A stretch of 63,739 nt of DNA, the filler included, from Hyphochytrium catenoides (taxonomy: Eukaryota > Protista > Hyphochytriomycota), in assembly GCA_900088475.1 (NCBI GenBank). It is 6 parts of 6 records of this genome, joined end to end, with 100 filler letters (N's around TTAATTAATTAA, not from the genome) between each part and the next. Parts side by side here need not be neighbours in the genome. Positions count along the whole stretch, not along the records: positions 56,965 to 61,135 come from FLMG01004717.1; positions 61,236 to 63,739 come from FLMG01003497.1; 4 more parts are not named here. The stretch is one strand, 5' to 3'. The position numbers and the translations under genes were made by a program. Positions 60,735 through 63,739 of this stretch are shown here, piece by piece. Below the pieces are notes generated by a model, which did no database searches, was not told the origin of the DNA, and saw only the letters and a list, made by a program, of their open reading frames with translations. Each line of letters opens with the position of its first letter. The stretch's first letter is position 1.

Positions 60735-61235
60735 TCAGCTAATCAGAAACTACATCCATTTCTATAATAGTAAATAAAATGCTATGACACCACATAATTT
60801 GATCCATTCCCAACTCTGGCCGGCATACCACTTACAGTTCCTACTACCAAACACCTTTCAACAACCATAAAGGCCAAGGGCCCCCCGGCACCGCGACAGC
60901 GGGCCTGCTACTTATTCTATCAACGCGGCGGTGGACGCTTCAAAATATCTGCCTATTTGGTGCTTGGTGTGTGGCCAGCTGAGAAACAAGTGCACCATGT
61001 CGCTCCTGTCTCTTTTGCTATGGTTTTTATAAATATTCCATTGAATCAGGGGACCCGTCATTCTACCAAGAGCAAGAAGATACACGCCATATTACGTACA
61101 GTGTGAATGACGATAGAGAACGCAAGTAGAACCTCNNNNNNNNNNNNNNNNNNNNNNNNNNNNNNNNNNNNNNNNNNNNTTAATTAATTAANNNNNNNNN
61201 NNNNNNNNNNNNNNNNNNNNNNNNNNNNNNNNNNN

Positions 61236-63101
61236 CTACAAAGACCTAGACGTGCCTAGAGATGCTTCTCTTGATACGATCAAGGCTGCTTGGCTAGAGG
61301 CGGGTAAGAGTTTTGGCTGCAAAACTGCTGGTATCGACTCTGTCTCTCTTCCTCCATCGCCCCAACTTAGCTCTCCTTTCACTTAGGTTGTTTAGCCTCT
61401 GTCGCTCCTCGTCACTATTCTTTTTCATTCCCAGCTTTTGCCTTTGTCGTCCGTTTCAAACCATCCTTGCCTCCTCTGCGATTGGTTAACCACGGATGGT
61501 CATCATGGCAGCATTCCGCTATCACCCAGACACGCATGATCGGTCAGCAACTGATAAGGTCAGTTACTGTGCTTTGCGGTCAAATCCTTTGATGGACAGC
61601 GCGGCCTAGCCTTCTCTATTACTTTTACCGTGCTCCCTGTTGGTCACTGCTTCTCTTCGCTCTGCCCTTTGTAAGTGTCTCCTCTGTCTGCTGGTTCCAT
61701 CCTTATGCTGTGGTAGGCTCTCGTCCTTCCGTTGTTTGCATGGAGGCGAAGGTGCCAGTCAAACCTTAGTTGCCGCGTCCCTTCTTGTTTTATGTGGTTT
61801 CTTACTCTGCTGCACAGTGTACCGCTCACGCCCCAGCGTTGGCTGACTCTTTCCGCGTTGGCTGACTCTTCCGAGTTTTGATTTGGTGTCCCGTCCCTTT
61901 TGTTACTGACCTCATTTCATCCAGCGTCTCTCTCTTCCGTGCTTAACCTACCGTTATTCCTCTTCTACTAATGTCTGTTCTTGAGTACTTTTCCACGTCT
62001 CTTTGTTTTCTGTCTCTTATCAGCTTGTTCTCATGTTGTCTTAATCTAGGAAGCCGCAATCAAATTTCAATATGCAAGAGAGGCGTACCGGATCCTGTCA
62101 GACCCACAAGCTAGGGGAGAGTATGACAGGAGAACGTAAGTACAGGTAGAACAGTACTCCAAAGGGACATAGAGTGATGGAAGATGGCCGAGAGCTGTAG
62201 TCAAGCAGTGTGATGAGGCTGAAGTTTGATGTACCACCACGGCATTGGAAAGAACGAAAGCGCTGCGATCTGGGCAGGTAGAAACTCATAGAAGAACAGA
62301 AAAGAGAGAGAAGATGATGAGGAAAAGACAAGGTGAAAGTATTAAAGTGTTGATTGCTTTCCCTCGGACCTTTAAATCTTACCCATATCTTCAGCACTCC
62401 ACAAGGTGGCTTGGGCAGTATGAATGCTCCCTATAAAGGATTCGCGGACCTGCCCCAAGCTGACCGGCCATACCGTCCTATCTACGCTGAAGGCCCTACA
62501 GCAGCACGGCGCTTCAACGACCAGTCATCAGAAATAATTGAAAGAGCTCTCGCAGCCGCTCGGTAGGCACCTCACTATGGCTCTATCTTTCGCCTTTCCT
62601 CTTTCGTTACCAAGGCAAAAGATTACACACAGCTCTCCTCCTTGAGTCTTGTCATTCATCAGCCCAGTCGGAGGTCCCACCTTTCTTCTGTTGAGCTCCA
62701 CCTCATTGCACGTTCACTCTTTCGGACTGGGTTTTCAGTGCCACCACCTAAGAGATGTGCGTGTCGTCATCTATGTGCATGGCTTTACCATGCCATGACG
62801 TGGCTGCTTTCTGAAGTCGCTGTGTTACCCGGCACCAAAACTAACGGTGCCGCTCTTCTCGCTGTCAATCGCTACCTTTACTGATGTCACCAGTGAAAAG
62901 AACTTTCGAAAACCCCCTCCACCGCTAGTGAGAGACCGACTCCTTACCCATGCTCAAAGAAAAGCAAGAAGAGTGGCAAGAGTAGAGCCAAGGTCGCAAA
63001 CTCTGGTGAGCCTTACTTTGCCTATTGTAATGGGAGTGGCTTGGGTCATCACCATGGCCAAAGTAGCTTCTTCTGCCCCGGCAGAGGAGGATAGAAGATA
63101 G
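61236..63101 (+). CDS. J-domain (DnaJ type III) protein with C-terminal TM segment, 5'-truncated
   Basis: Spliced YKDLDVPRDASLDTIKAAW..FRYHPD..KFQYAREAYRILSDPQARGEYD, with a hydrophobic LVSLTLPIVMGVAWVITM segment in the last exon. Confidence 0.88.
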
Positions 63102-63739
63102 ATCGCCGTAGGACAGGGGCCGCCAAAGAGTTGAAAGAAGGGACAAGCACCGAAGGCGTAAGTGGGGCTGACTTACTTTCAAAGTTGTGTGAACATTGGC
63201 TTAGTCTGAACAAGCTAGAGGTCTTCAGACCTGCCTCTTTGCCAATTGGCATAGTTACAACTATTTGAAATATTTATTATCCCATGAACTATAATAAAGT
63301 TTAGACTTTACTGGCTCGCTCTCGTTGGGTCACCAGGCATCCATCTAGGTGTAAGAGAGCTAGAGTAAACTCTTAGACATCAGCCACTAAGCTGTAGCCA
63401 GATATCCTCAACCATAAAGGATGATCTTTCAAAACCCTCGGCAGATACCTGGAAGCCATAGTGTAACCCTCCGCCACATCTTACTCACTTCGGGACACAA
63501 TTCTAGTTACACTTATCTTCCTAGCAGCGGAGATGCTTGCGGAAGCTCGCACAGTATGAAGTCTCTCATTCTCATAAAGATTATGCAACTCGAAGAGGAG
63601 CTACCAGTGCACGAAGGTGAGAGCAAAGTTCTTTATATTGATGGCAAATCGGGTATGACAATTGTGATACCCAACTTCAGACTGTCTCCGAAGGGCCCTA
63701 CCATGCTGTACATCTTCTATATTATATAAGCTTTACGCT

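Larger units (their letters stand above)
56965..60910 (+). mobile_element. Helitron2/Helentron-like rolling-circle element, 5'-truncated by a gap, no helicase
   Basis: Rep ORF, a second spliced ORF, and a GC-rich hairpin GGCACCGC-GACA-GCGGGCC (60887-60905) as the candidate 3' terminus. Confidence 0.75.

Overview
Eukaryotic microbial genome fragment from a draft assembly, with GT-AG introns and dense (CT)n/(GA)n microsatellites. Five 100-nt gap blocks carry an artificial TTAATTAATTAA spacer. The gene set is consistent with a heterotrophic stramenopile-like protist, but that is inference only. The left ~21 kb looks accessory. It holds repeat arrays, a frameshifted plant-FRO-type ferric reductase next to an intact ZupT-like ZIP transporter, and a decayed intronless PAS hybrid histidine kinase. 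It also holds a ~7 kb spliced Dada-like DDE transposon bounded by GCCTGTAGTGGT(C) direct repeats, whose transposase carries a WRN-type exonuclease with all five catalytic positions substituted. The middle is mostly housekeeping: a DUF1036-like surface protein, SOSS-B/NABP, a multi-pass membrane protein, an MFS transporter, a membrane-anchored pepsin-family protease, two identical tRNA-Pro(TGG) genes and a threonine dehydratase. The right end holds a decayed Copia element, the 5' half of a plant-type ketol-acid reductoisomerase, and a J-domain protein. It also holds a Helitron2-like Rep that lacks a helicase and is followed by a spliced gene resembling phage-type SSBs. Family assignments come from motif recognition by eye; no searches were run.
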